DNA of 64,000 nt from assembly GCA_977017645.1 (NCBI GenBank), contig OZ360242.1, forward strand, positions 44,330,001 to 44,394,000, given 5' to 3'. Below, piece by piece: positions 37,557-49,754 of this stretch; positions within the stretch are counted from its first letter, which is position 1; each line of letters starts with the position of its first letter. The notes under the pieces were generated by a model. That model saw only the letters and a list, made by a program, of their open reading frames with translations. It searched no databases and was not told where the DNA came from. This DNA is from Torpedo marmorata. Lineage: Eukaryota. The position numbers and the translations under genes were made by a program.

Positions 37557-39715
37557 GAGTATTGGGAAGTGGCTAAAGAGTTGGTGCTGGGGGCAGGGGT
37601 TCACATTTGTGGATCATTGGGATCTCTTCTGGGGAAGGTCTGACCTGTACAAAAGGGACGGGCTGCACTTGAACTGGAGGGGGACCAATATCCTGGCAGG
37701 CAGGTTTGCTAGAGCTGTTGGGGAGGGTTTAAACTAGTTTGGCAGGGGGGTGGGAATCAGAATGTGAATGCGGAGAGTAGGGTAGAACACCACCTAGATT
37801 TGAAGGAAGAGAGGAACCAGAATGTTAAAGTTAATGAAGGAGAGGGTAATCAAAAGAGTGTATGTGGGGGACATTCTCTCAAGTGTATATATTTCAATGC
37901 AAGGAGCATTGTAAGAAAGGTGGATGAGCTTAGAGTATGGATTGATACATGGAAATATGATATTGCAGCCATCGGTGAAACTTGGTTGCAGGAGGGGCAT
38001 GATTGGCAGCTAAATATTCCTGGATTCCGTTGTTTTAGGCGTGATAGAACAGGGGGGATAAAAGGTGGAGGAGTCGCAGTGCTTGTTAGAGAAACCATTA
38101 CAGCGGTGCTATGGCAGGATAGATTGGAGGGCTCGTCCAGTGAGGCTATTTGGGTGGAATTGAGGAATGGGAAAGGCATGAAAACACTAATGGGAGTGTA
38201 TTATAGACCACCGAATGGGCAGAGGGAATTAGAGGAGGAAATTTGTAAGGAGATAGAATATATGTTTAATAAGCATAAGGTGGTGATTATAGGTGATTTT
38301 AACTTTCCACAAATTGACTGGGACGCCCATACTGTAATAGGGCAGGATGTGTTGGAGTTTGTCAAATGTGTTCAGGAAAGTTTTCTAAATCAATACATAG
38401 AAGAACCGACGAGAGAGGGGGCAGTATTGGATCTCCTATTTGGGAACGAGATAGGTCAGGTGACAGAGGTTTGTGTTGGGGAACACTTTGGGTCTAGTGA
38501 TCATAATACCATTAGTTTTAGGTTGATAATGGAGAAGGATAGGGCTGGGCCTAAGGTTGAGATTCTTGATTGGAATAAGGCAAATTTCAAGGAGATGAGG
38601 AAAGATTTAGAGGGTGTGGATTGGGATAATTTATTTTTAGGAAAGGATGTCACAGATAAATGGAGGATATTCAAAGGGGAAATTTTGAGAGTACAGAGTC
38701 GGTTCGTCCCTGTGAGGATTAAAGGAAGATTGTTGTTTGTCATATATATTAATGATCTAGATGATAGGGTGGTAAATTGGATTAGTAAGTATGCAGATGA
38801 TACGAAGATTGGTGGTGTTGTGGACAGTGAAGAGGGATATCAAAGCCTGCAGGGGGATATAGGACAGTTAGAAGAGTGGGCGGAAACATGGCAGATGGAA
38901 TTTAATACTGATAAATGTGAGGTGCTACATTTTGGTAGGATTAATCAGCAAAGGTCATACATGTTAAATGGTAGACAATTGAGAAGTGCAGTAGAACATA
39001 GGGATTTAGGAATTCTGGTACATAATTCCCTGAAAGTTGAGTCACACGTAGATAGGGTGGTGAAGAAAGCATTTGGTATGTTGGCCTTCATAAATCAGAG
39101 TATTGAATATAGGAGTTGGGATGTCATGTTGAAGTTGTATAAGGCATTGGTGAGGCCAAATTTGGAATATTGTGCGCAGTTTTGGTCGCCGAATTACAGG
39201 AAGGATATAAACAGAATAGAGAGAGTGCAGAGGAGATTTACAAGAATGTTGCCTGGGTTTCTGGGTTTGAGTTATAGGGAAAGGTTGAACAGGCTGGGAC
39301 TTTATTCCCTGGAGCGTAGAAGGTTGAGGGATGATTTGATAGAGGTATTTAAAATTATGAAGGGGAAAGATAGAGTCAATGTGGACAGGCTTTTTCCATT
39401 GAGAGAGGGGAAGATTCAAACAAGAGGGCATGGATTGGGATTGAAGGGGGAAAAGTTTAGAGGAAACATGAGGGGGAATTTCTTCACTCATAGGGTGGTA
39501 GGAGGGTGGAACGAGCTTCCGGCCGAAGTGGTAGATGCAGGTTCAATTTTAATGTTTAAGCAAAAGTTGGATAGGTATATGGACGAGAGAGGTGTGGAGG
39601 GTTATGGGCCGGGTGCGGGTCAGTGGGACTAGGTGGGAGAATGTGTTCGGCATGGACTAGAAGGGCCGAACTGGCCTGTTTCTGTGCTGTAAATGTTATA
39701 TGGTTATATGGTTAT
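37557..39715 (+). mobile_element. CR1 LINE: end of SGNH-esterase ORF1 plus ORF2 with a large in-frame internal deletion
   Basis: ORF1 tail DGLHLNWRGTNILAGRF; ORF 37764-39632 has the endonuclease (YFNARS, GDFN, SDH) joined at about 38728 to LLFVIYIND...YADD; 3' tail of ATATGGTT repeats. Confidence 0.92.
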
Positions 39716-40059
39716 AAGATAACATGTTACTTTTTTGTAAGTGAAATAGTGACACATAGGGGTCTACATCTTTCTTTCTTTCAATAAAAGGCAATCAGGC
39801 GTTGCAGGTTTGGCTCACTTCCATGTGTGGAATTGGCTACATTCAGTATTTCTGGGATTTAAACAAAATCAGAAACATTAGCACCAATTTTCAGGCCTGC
39901 TGAACTACAACGTGAATACTAATTTGCTTTCTCTCTCTATCTTGTAGGCTGCAGTTTTCACATTCAAAAAGGCAAACACAAACCCATGCATTTGTCACAG
40001 CTGGTTACGCTCTGGATATTCATTTTGAGTTCTCATTGCCAAGCAATGGCATCTTCCCT

Positions 40060-40472
40060 CCTTGCTGGTACGAGGTGCCACTGCTCAATACAGGAAAAAA
40101 TTCCAGCGGGTTGTTAACACGGCCTGTGACATCACGGGCACCAATCTTCACTCCATCGAGGACATCTACAAGAGGTGGTGTCTTAAGAAAGCAGCCTCTA
40201 TCCTCAAGGACCCCCACCACCCAGGCCAGGCCCTCTTCACTCTGCTACCATTGGGAAAAAAGGTACAGGAGCCTGAAGACGAGCACTCAGCGGCACAAGG
40301 ACAGCCTCTTCCCCTCTGCCATTAGATTTCTGAATGAACAACAGACACTACCTCACCTTGTCTTTTTCTTTTTCTTGTACTATTTTTATTTATTTTGAAA
40401 TGTGGTTTATATAAATGCTGCTGCAAAACAATGAATTTCGTGACATGTTCACGACAATAAATTCTGATTCTT
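40060..40472 (+). mobile_element. Rex1/Babar-type LINE 3' fragment (second family)
   Basis: KAASILKDPHHPGQALFTLLP; tail gaatttcgtg...acaataaattctgattct. Confidence 0.8.
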
Positions 40473-41003
40473 CTTGGTGACCATGGCTAATGCTCTGTTG
40501 GTAGATATGTGTGTGCAGTCTCTCAAAGAGATGGCCAAAAACACACCCTCTGGATGTGATGGGTTCTGCTGATCTGCAGTTCTGGAACTGCAAGGTCCCG
40601 GATCGCTGACTATTATTTTATTTACAGAGCAGGATTCAATATTGCGTGCAAGTGAAGTTGCTTGCGAAATGTATATTTTTCAGGAATTCAGTGAATATAA
40701 AGCAAAATCCTGCATAAAATATTTGTTCATTAAATTGAATATCTGCAATTTATTAGATTTAGTAAATTACCAGGCAATAGTAATTGGAAGGTGGAGAGGA
40801 AGGGAGGACATGTGCAAAGGTGACATATTTAGGGTTGCTATCAATAAGAGCTATTCATGCAGCTGGTATTTCTAAAGGCCAATGGGCCAAGGCTGTTGAG
40901 AAGTCAATAGGAAACAGGGAAATTCACTACTCATGCTCTATAGCATCTGATTTTCTCCATAATGTCTTTTGTTTTTCACCTGAATCCTCCTCTCCCTCAG
41001 CTC

Positions 41004-41451
41004 CATTGTGAAAACTAATCCCTTCACACTCTTCCCCCAATTCTGAGGAAGGTACAACTTGAAACGTTAAGTGGTTTCGTTTTTGTCCCCTCCAAAGAAT
41101 AGGAAATGAGAGGCAGATCACAATCATTTTGAGACAATATAGGGAAAGTGAAAATTTTTCTTTTTGTATGTGNNNNNNNNNNNNNNNNNNNNNNNNNNNN
41201 NNNNNNNNNNNNNNNNNNNNNNNNNNNNNNNNNNNNNNNNNNNNNNNNNNNNNNNNNNNNNNNNNNNNNNNNNNNNNNNNNNNNNNNNNNNNNNNNNNNN
41301 NNNNTGTAAGATCTCCCAAACAAAAATACTGAAAATGATGGAAAAATTCAGCTGAACCACCATGTGTGCAAAAAGAAACCTGTTAATGTTTCAAGTTGGG
41401 GATCTTCCTCAGAATTGGGGGAAGAGTGTGGAGGGGTTAGTTTTCATAATG
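41004..41451. repeat. Imperfect inverted repeat, arms about 82 bp (41004-41085 / 41369-41451), spanning an N gap
   Basis: gaaaactaatcccttcacactcttcccccaattctgaggaa...ttgaaacgttaa matches the reverse complement of the right arm. Confidence 0.85.
41173..41304. other. Assembly gap (132 N)
   Basis: N run. Confidence 1.
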
Positions 41452-42732
41452 AATGTAAGATCTGCATGAAAGATTCTACAGTGCTGCGTTATCAGAGCGG
41501 TGCCTTCTCTAGGAGAAGAACAAAGAAACACCTATTGCTTGTCCCTTTATAATCTATAATGTGTGCAGATTGTTTTAATTACACTTGACGGCAAATTATC
41601 AGCAGCAAAACTTCTGGAGGGATGTATGACATGGAAGCTGGTTGAATGTATGATGAAGTGCTGTTACAAATACAATGGGGAGGAAATGAATAAGGTTGTA
41701 TGGGGCTGGAAGCAAAACGGATGGAGCATTGGCAGTTCTATGCACAGGGGTGAATGTCAGGGTGTGCAGAATCTGATGAGAACGCATTTCTCCCATGGAC
41801 CGAAAGGAGATTTCTTTGTTCAAAAAAAGACAAGCCCACTGCAAAACAGGTTTAAAATGGCCAAAACGTCAATTGATAGTCATCTTCCTCGAGAAGGCTG
41901 ACAGAGAGAATACCAGAAATTCAAAACTATGGACAACAGGCAGATACTATTCGAATCCTTACCAGAGGAATTATAGCAGCCATTTGTAACTCAACAGTGT
42001 AGCATACTGCCGAATGCTTTAAAGGGGAAAAGCTCAATACAGGGCCACCAATAGCATCATAGGACATTACAAATAACCTGGGTGTGGGCACAATTAGGAA
42101 TGTAGCTTTGGCAACAGGAAACACTGATTCTAACTGGAAAGTTTTCTTTGGTCCAAAATGAATAATTCCTCCATTCCCCTGCAGCTACTCTTTAATGATC
42201 CCCTCTGTGTTCAAAATGTTTGCTTCTGGACAGAGTGACAGGAGTGTGTGCTATTTGAAATGAAATAAGATTATTTAAAAATTGAGTGAAAAAAGCAAAC
42301 TGTGCAATAGGACTCAGAGAGTCTGCAGAGAAATATAAATGGGTTAACTGAGTGGGCAAACATCTGGCAGATGGCTGATTCATGCAGCACTTTGTGTGTT
42401 GCTCTGGTTAAGATCGAAGCAGGGAGGTTCGATCTTAACCAGAGGTAGTTCACTGGCACTAGAACTAGGGGACGTTGCCTCAAGATTCAGTGGAGTAGAT
42501 TTAAGACAGAGTCAAGGAGGAACTGCTTCTTCCAGACAGTACTAAATCTGTGGAATTCTCTGCCCAAGGAAGCACCGGAGGCTGCCTCATTGAAGGCACA
42601 GATAGTTACAAGTTATGGGGAACAGGTGGGTAAGTGGATCTGATTTCATGGCCAGATCAGCTGTAATCTCTTTGAATGGTGGAGCAGGCTCGATGGGCCA
42701 ATTGGCCTATGCCTGCTCCTATTTCTTACATT

Positions 42733-42994
42733 GGTTGGCACGGTTGGCGCAGCATTTAGCGCAACGGCTTTATAGTGCCAGCGATCGGGACCAGGGTTTG
42801 AATCCCGCGCTGTCTGTAAGGAGATTGTACGTTCTCCCCATGTCTGTGTGGGTTTTCCCCGGGTGCTCCGGTTTCCTCCCACCGTTCAAAACGTACCAGG
42901 GGTACAGGTTAATTGGGTGTAAATTGGGTGGCACAGACTTGTGGGCTGAATTGGCCTGTTACCGTGCTGTATGTCTAAATTTAAAATTTAAATT
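42733..42994 (+). mobile_element. HE1/V-SINE about 70 bp from the exon 10 donor
   Basis: Same consensus. Confidence 0.9.
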
Positions 42995-43061
42995 TGGCTG
43001 AAATGGCACTTACAAATAGAAACATTTCCTTCAGAGTAATGAAATAATTAGCTTTTTTTAC

Positions 43062-43257
43062 CTCAGCAAACTGTAGTCGTGCAAACTCACTCGTGGGATT
43101 TGAAAATTTAAACATTTTCCTCGGCATGACCCAAGTCTCCAGTGTTTCCAATTTACTGGTAGCGAGGTTTGTTGCATGATGCGTCAGCAAGTAGCCTTGG
43201 AACCGGTCAGCGTAGAAGTAGAGATGAACAGAGACTGGATGACCCATGCCATAATAT
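43062..43257 (-). CDS. XYLT1: XYLT1 exon 10 (196 bp)
   Basis: ttattccag|A TAT TAT GGC ATG...; encodes [22 protein letters not shown]...RLQFAE; ends GAG|gtaaaa. Confidence 0.96.
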
Positions 43258-43929
43258 CTGGAATAAGGAACGGAAACAGAGAGGAACCTCAGCCAAAAAT
43301 AACACATCCAGCAGACATTTTATGACTGCATCCATAAAATAAGGAATGGTGCAAATATACAAAGTGTGTTCAGGTGGAGTATTTGGCCATTGGCATTAAG
43401 ACCCCATGAGCACAGAGAAAGCCATTTAGAACTGAGCTCATTATAAACAGCCCCAGAGATGGGTAAATTAAAGCCTTTAATCCCTGTTGTTTGCTTTTAA
43501 CAGGATCCTGCGAGATTATCACCCACTGGCACGATCTATAAAGCTATAGAGCAAACAGCAAGGTTAAATGAAGGAAAAAAAGTACTTTAATATTGCTGTT
43601 TTGCATTATTCCATGTACACACACCAGTCTTTTTTTCCATTCAAACCAGTAGGTAGTATTGAAATAAAGGGTTTGCCCTGACATGAAACTAAAAACCTGG
43701 TTGAAGCCAAACGCAGAGTATCAAAGTTTGTATTGCCCTTAAATTGAAGCAAATATAGACTGTACCAATGGTAGTTACAGGACATTTCAAAGATGCCAAT
43801 CTCCATGGACTCTTTACGGAAGTTGAAACTGAGAAACTGCACGGACTTGAAACTGAGAAACATAACAGACACAAGACTTTTTTTTACTTACAAAGCATTA
43901 TTGGTAATGATGAAAAGCCATGGTGTTAA

Positions 43930-45512
43930 ATTAATGCAACAACTAGCTCTCATAGTCTGACTTTGCTAATATGAACAAAACAGAAAAGCAGGATATTTTT
44001 TAAGTGGTGAGACATTGGGTAACGTCTATTTTCAAAAGGGAGTCGGGTGTCTTTGTAACTGAAAGCCAACATGCAGATACAGTATATGACTAGAAATGAT
44101 GCATGTGTGTTGCGATGAGAGAATTCGGTATAAAGCAGGAACGATGTTTTGCTGTAATTATGCAGAGTCTTGGTGAGACTGTACTCAGAGTACTGTGCAG
44201 TTTTGGTCTCCTTACTTGAAAAAGGATGTGCTTGCCATAGAGTACAATGAAGATACACTAAACTGGTTCCAGGGATGGATGCTTTGCTGCACCAGACATT
44301 GTGCATTCACAAGAATATAACGAAGAAAGATTTCAGTAAAAATACAACTTCCTGCTCACTATTTTTAAAAGATATTTTACATGAATCAATGGGCTGGATA
44401 GAGGTAGGATGTTTCCTCTGGTTGAGTAAGCTAGAAGGAGGGATTACACCTGTGGAATATAGTAAAACAGGAAACATACTATCGTGGGTAGAGTATTGGC
44501 TGATTAGCAAAAAACAGAGAGTCGGAATACAGGGATCATATTCTGGTTGGCTGCCAACTGCTAGTGGCGTTCCACAGGGGTCGGTGATGGGGCCGCTTAT
44601 TTTTATGTTGTATATTAATGATTAAGTTATGGAATGAATGGCTTTGTGGTCAAGTTTGCAGATGATACGAAGGTAGATGGAGTAGCAGGTAGTGTTGAGG
44701 AAACACGGAGGCTGCAGAAGGACTTAGACAAATTAGGAGAATGGGCAGAGAAGTGGCAAGTGAAATAAAATGTCAGAAAGTGTACGGTCATGCACTTTGG
44801 TGGAAAAAAATAAACGGGCAGATTATTTTCTAAGTGGGGAGAAAATTGAAAATACCCAGATGCAAAGGGTCCTAGGAGTCTTTGTGCATGATAGCCCGAA
44901 GGTAAACTTGCATGTTGAGTCGGGGGTGAAGAAGGCAAATGCAATGCTGGCATTTATTTCAAGAGGAATAGAATATAAGAGCAGGGATGTGATGTTGAGG
45001 CTTTATAAGGCACTTGTGAGACCTGACTTGGAGTATTGTGAGCAGTTTTGGGCTCCTCATTTAAGAAAGGATGTGCTGATGTTGGAGAGGGTTCAGAAGA
45101 GGTCTACAAGGATGATTCCAGGAATGAAAGGATTTTCATAACAGGAGCATTTTAAAGCTCTTGGCCTGTACTCGTTGAAATTTATGAGAATGAGGAGGGA
45201 TCTCATTGAAACATTTTGAATGTTGAAAGGCATGGACAGAGTAGATGTAGAAAAGTTGTTCCCATGGTGGAAAAGTCTGGGACAAGAGGGCACAACTTCA
45301 GGATTGAAGGGCATCCGCTTAGAACAGAGATGCGGAGGAGTTTCTTCAGCCAGTGGGTGGTAAATATGTGGGATTTGTTGCCACAGGCGGTTGTGGAGGC
45401 CAGGTCATTGGGTGTATTTAAGGCAGAGATTGATAGGTTCTTGATTAGTCAGAACATCAAAAGTTATGGGGAGACGGCCGGTCAGTGGGGCTGAGTGGGA
45501 AAATGGATCAGC
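43930..45512 (+). mobile_element. Two abutting degraded CR1 fragments
   Basis: SGVPQGSVMGPL, KFADD and LYKALVRPDLEYC motifs with stops; the 3' end continues after the SINE array (46087-46160). Confidence 0.85.
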
Positions 45513-45785
45513 TAATTTTTAGTTTAAAATTTTTTTTTTAATTTAAAAAACGAATTTAGTTATACAGCACAGTAACAGGCCCTTCCAGCCCACAAGCCTG
45601 TGCCACCCAATTCACCTACAACCCTTGTACGATTTTGGAAAGTGGGAGGAAACCGGAGCACCAGGGGAAAACCCACACAGACATGGGAAGAACGAATAAA
45701 CTCCTTACAGTCAGCGCGGGATCCGAACCCGGGTCGCTGGTGCTGTAACAGTGTTGCCCTAACTGTTACACTAACCGTGCCGCCC
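45513..45785 (-). mobile_element. HE1/V-SINE whose 5' end runs into a tandem array
   Basis: Same consensus. Confidence 0.85.
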
Positions 45786-46081
45786 AATACTACGCTAATG
45801 ATGCCGCCCCACCACTACACCTACCGCGCCGCCCTACCACGCTAACCGTGTCGCCCCACCACTACGCTAACTGTGCCACCCCACCACTAGGCTAACCGTG
45901 CTGCCCCACCACTACGCTAACCATGCCACCCTACACTACGCTAACCATGCTCCCCCACCACTACGCTAACCGTGCCACCCCACCACTACACTAACCGTGC
46001 TGCCCCATCACTACGCTAACCATGCCTCCCCACCACTACGCTAACCATGCCCCCCCACCACTACGCTAACCGTGCCACCCT
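45786..46081. repeat. About 25-bp tandem array (CTACGCTAACCGTGCCACCCCACCA), about 12 units
   Basis: The unit is the reverse complement of the SINE 5' end. Confidence 0.9.
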
Positions 46082-46953
46082 AATTAAATGATTAAATGGT
46101 GGGGCAGATTCGGCAGGCTGAAGAGCCTATTGCTGCTCCGATGTCTTATGGTCTTATGTTCTCAGTGCGGAACCTTTGGAATTAGACAACCCAGTCACGA
46201 ATTTCATCAGGACTGATGCATTCTTGGATATTAAAGGAATCAAGGGCATGGGGATACCGCAGGTAAATGTTGCTCAGTTGGAAGCTCAGCCATGATGTTG
46301 ACGAATAGCAGAGCAGGCAGAAGGGCCAGATGTCCTACTCCTGCTCCCAATTCTTTTGTTCTTAAACATGCAGCAATGAGAGAAAAAAAAGTGTTAGAAT
46401 GTCCAACTTCTGATCTTTCCATAAATCTTTCTTAAAAACCATGCTGATGAACTTCCAGCAGCTACAGAATTAAATTACAGAGGGAGTCTGTGTACTATTT
46501 CGCTTATGCGCAGGGAGCATTTGCAGATCCTGCAGCAAAAATTAACATTTGTATGGAGGAGTTATCTAGTCATGAACAGAAGTGCAGTGGTCACCGACAG
46601 CCTGATCTTTCCCAGCTGGGAAACTGGAGTGGGATGCGCAGAAGCACAGAAGTGCTCTAATGGCTGTTCCATGATTACTACTGTCAAGTAATTTAGAAAC
46701 ATGAGCTGGTTATTCACCCCCTTGAGCCTGTTTTGATAGATCCAGGCTGTCTTGTTTGCTTAAGAGAAGCCAATCAAACAAAGCTTTGGAAGTGTCCAAT
46801 TCTTTGAGCCTCATGGGCATTTTCAAGTTGTGTCAGAGGAGGTCCACTTTTTTACCCACCCTCTAGACATGTTATTTTGTTGATAATAGTGTATTAACAG
46901 AGGAGAAATCACACAGTAAACTCTCTGAATTGGATCTACAAACAACAGAAGGA

Positions 46954-47083
46954 NNNNNNNNNNNNNNNNNNNNNNNNNNNNNNNNNNNNNNNNNNNNNNN
47001 NNNNNNNNNNNNNNNNNNNNNNNNNNNNNNNNNNNNNNNNNNNNNNNNNNNNNNNNNNNNNNNNNNNNNNNNNNNNNNNNNNN
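46954..47083. other. Assembly gap (130 N)
   Basis: N run. Confidence 1.
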
Positions 47084-48718
47084 CCTCCATAATATTTGGA
47101 CAAAGACACTTTTTTCCTTTATTTGCCCCTGTGCTCCACAGTTTAAAATTTGTAATCAAACAATGCACGTGATTAAAGTGCACATTCCACATTTTATTCA
47201 AGGTCATTTGTATACATTTTGGTTTGACCATGTAGAAATTACAGCACTTTTTTTATACATAGTCCCCTCATTTCAGGGCACCATAATATTTGAGACATAG
47301 CCATGGTATGTATATTAAAGTAGTCGTATTTAGTACTTTGTTGCATATCCATTGGATGCAATGACTGCTTGAAGTCTGTGATTCATAGACATCACCAGGT
47401 GCTGAGTATCTTCTTTGGTGACGCTCTGCCAGGCCTCTGCTGCAGCCATCTTCATTCAGCTCCTGCTTGTTTCGGGGGCTTGTCCCCTTAAGTTTTCTCT
47501 TCAGCTTATGGAAAGCTTGCTCAATTGGATTTTGATCGGATGACTGACTTGGCCATTCAAGAATTTTCAAGTTTTTAGCTTTGAAAAACTCCTTTGTTGC
47601 TTTAGCAGTATGTTTGGGATCATTGTCTTGCTGTAGGATGAAGTGCCGTCCAATGTGTTTGGAGGCATTTACACGAACATGAGCAGATCAGACGTTTCTA
47701 TACACCTCAGAATTAATTTTGCTACTGACATCAGCAGTTACATCATCAACGAAGATATGTGCGCCAGTACCAGTGGCAGTCATACATGCCCAGGCCATAA
47801 CATCCCCACCACCATGTTTCACAGATGAGGAGATATGCTTTGGATCTTGGTCAGTTCCTTTATGCCTCCAGACTTTGCTCTTGCCATCACTCTGATACAG
47901 GTTAATCTTGGTCTCATCTATCCACAAGACCTTTTTCCTGAATTCTGCAGGCTTTTTTAAATACTTCTTGGCAAACTGTAATCTGGCCATCCTGTTTCTG
48001 TGGCTAACTAGTGGTTTGCATCTTGCAGTGTAGCCTCTGTATTTCTGTACATGAAGTCTTCTGCGGACAGTTGTCATTGACACATCCACACCTGCCTCAT
48101 GAAGAGTGTTTCTGATCTGTCGGACAGGTGTTTGGGGATTTTTCTTCATTATGATGAGAATTCTTCTGACATCAGCAGTGGAGGTCTTCCTTGGCCTACC
48201 AGTCCCTTTGTGATTACTGAGCTCACCAGAACACTCTTTATTCTTAATGATGCTCCAAACAGTTGATTTTGGTAATCCTCAGGTTTGGGCGATATCTCTT
48301 ATTGTTTTATTCTTGTTTTACAGCCTCATAATAGCTCCTTTGACTTTCATTGGCACAACTCTGGTCCTCATGTTGAAAATGGCAACTACAGACTCCAAAA
48401 GTGATCAAAAGCTTCAAAGCAAGCCGAGCTCTCTTATATCTGCACCAATGAAGCTATTAAACATACCTGAGTACTCACAAACATCTGTGAAGCTAAATGT
48501 CCCAAACATTATGGTGCCCTGAAATGGGGGATCTATGTATAAAAAGTGCTGTAATTTCTACATTGTCAAACCAAAATGCATACAAATAACCTTGAATAAA
48601 ATCTGGAATGTGCACTTTAATCACATGTGAATTGTTTGATTACAAATTTAAAACTGTGGAGCACAGAGGCAAATAAAGGAAAAAAGTGTATTTGTCCCAA
48701 ACATTATGGAGGGCACTG
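47084..48718 (-). mobile_element. Tc1 DNA transposon (IR/DR type), about 1.64 kb, dead transposase
   Basis: About 220-bp TIRs (47084-47300, 48500-48718) with inner and outer direct repeats; ends CACTG-TA; the left tip lies in the N gap. Confidence 0.93.
47330..48371 (-). pseudogene. Tc1 DD34E transposase pseudogene
   Basis: MRTRVVP...GRPRKT...WIDETK...KHGGG...QQDNDPKH...WPSQSSDQNPIE...GYATKY*; internal stops and frameshifts. Confidence 0.9.
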
Positions 48719-48724
48719 TATTAC

Positions 48725-48728
<4 letters not shown>

Positions 48729-48757
<29 letters not shown>

Positions 48758-48905
48758 ATACATATATACATACACACACATATCTACATATGCACACATC
48801 CTCGTATCACAACACATTGTCTCTCTCTCTCTCAAGAGAGAGAGAGACAATTTTGAGAGGGATATATATATATTTACACACACACAATGTTGAGATATAT
48901 ATATA
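48729..48905. repeat. Compound microsatellite (TG)n/(TA)n/(CT)n/(AG)n
   Basis: Direct reading; adjacent to the Tc1 TA site. Confidence 0.9.
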
Positions 48906-49319
48906 GACAATAATGCTCTAATAAAGTACGATTTCAATTTTTCCATATAAAATTGGAAATGAGGCAAGACACTCAATTATGAAACTAACCCTATGCGATG
49001 GACCCCACAAAATCCAACTAATTTCTCGATCAAATTCTAAACAGTTATCAGGGTAACTTAATGCAATAGTTGGTAACTAATGGCTATGATACAATTACTT
49101 GGGAACAATTTTACTGATAACCAGGGCAGAAACTGTATTTTAAAGAGGCAACTTTAAAGGAATAAATTAATGTAAGTGAATAAATCTTAAATAGGTCTGG
49201 AATTAACACACAAATTGACCAATTAATTTCTATAAACTAACAAGTTTTAAACTGGAATAGAAGTGATTCCTGATATTGTATGATGCCTCTCGGAGGGAAC
49301 AAATTTGAATGACAGACCC

Positions 49320-49600
49320 AAATTTATGTACCACTTTTTACATCCCTTTAGGATGTTCCACAGTGCTTTACTTTCATCAATTTACTTTCTGAAGTGCAGT
49401 TCACTCTACATTCCCTCGAATTACTAATTGCAGATATCAAAGAGCAAAGTGATGATTATCACACAATCTGCTTTAGTAATGTTGAGGGAGGGATATTTAT
49501 TGGCCTAGTCATTGAGGACAACTCCTCAGCACTGTTTTAAAATCATGCTATCCACTTGAGACAGAGAAGATGGAGCCTCAGTTTAATGTCTCATCTGAAA
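49320..49600 (-). mobile_element. Ancient DeuSINE (SacSINE1-like) relic
   Basis: Resembles the reverse complement of the Deu domain (tgttgagggagggatatttattggcc...gcctcagtttaatgtctcatctgaaag) and L2-type tail, as recalled. Confidence 0.6.
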
Positions 49601-49754
49601 GTTATCTGGTAAGGAAAATATCCTGCTGATTCTCTGACGAGTGACACTTTCTCTTGTAAAAAGAGGCTTGTAGTTTCATCTGCAAACAAGTAGGGAGAAA
49701 ATATGTTGAGGGCAAAGGGAGTGGAGCCCATCGGGGTGGGGGGGGGGGGTGTGT

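Noticed and set aside
38720-38735. CR1 internal deletion caused by RNA splicing
   Set aside because: In the related copy (about 55331) the bases before ATTGTTGTTTG are GGGACC, not AG, so there is no acceptor at the junction.
40927-41363. ORFs containing X runs (also 46872-47231)
   Set aside because: Artefacts of translating across N gaps.
45786-46081. CRISPR-like regular repeats
   Set aside because: Head-to-tail units without unique spacers, derived from a SINE head, in eukaryotic DNA with no cas genes.
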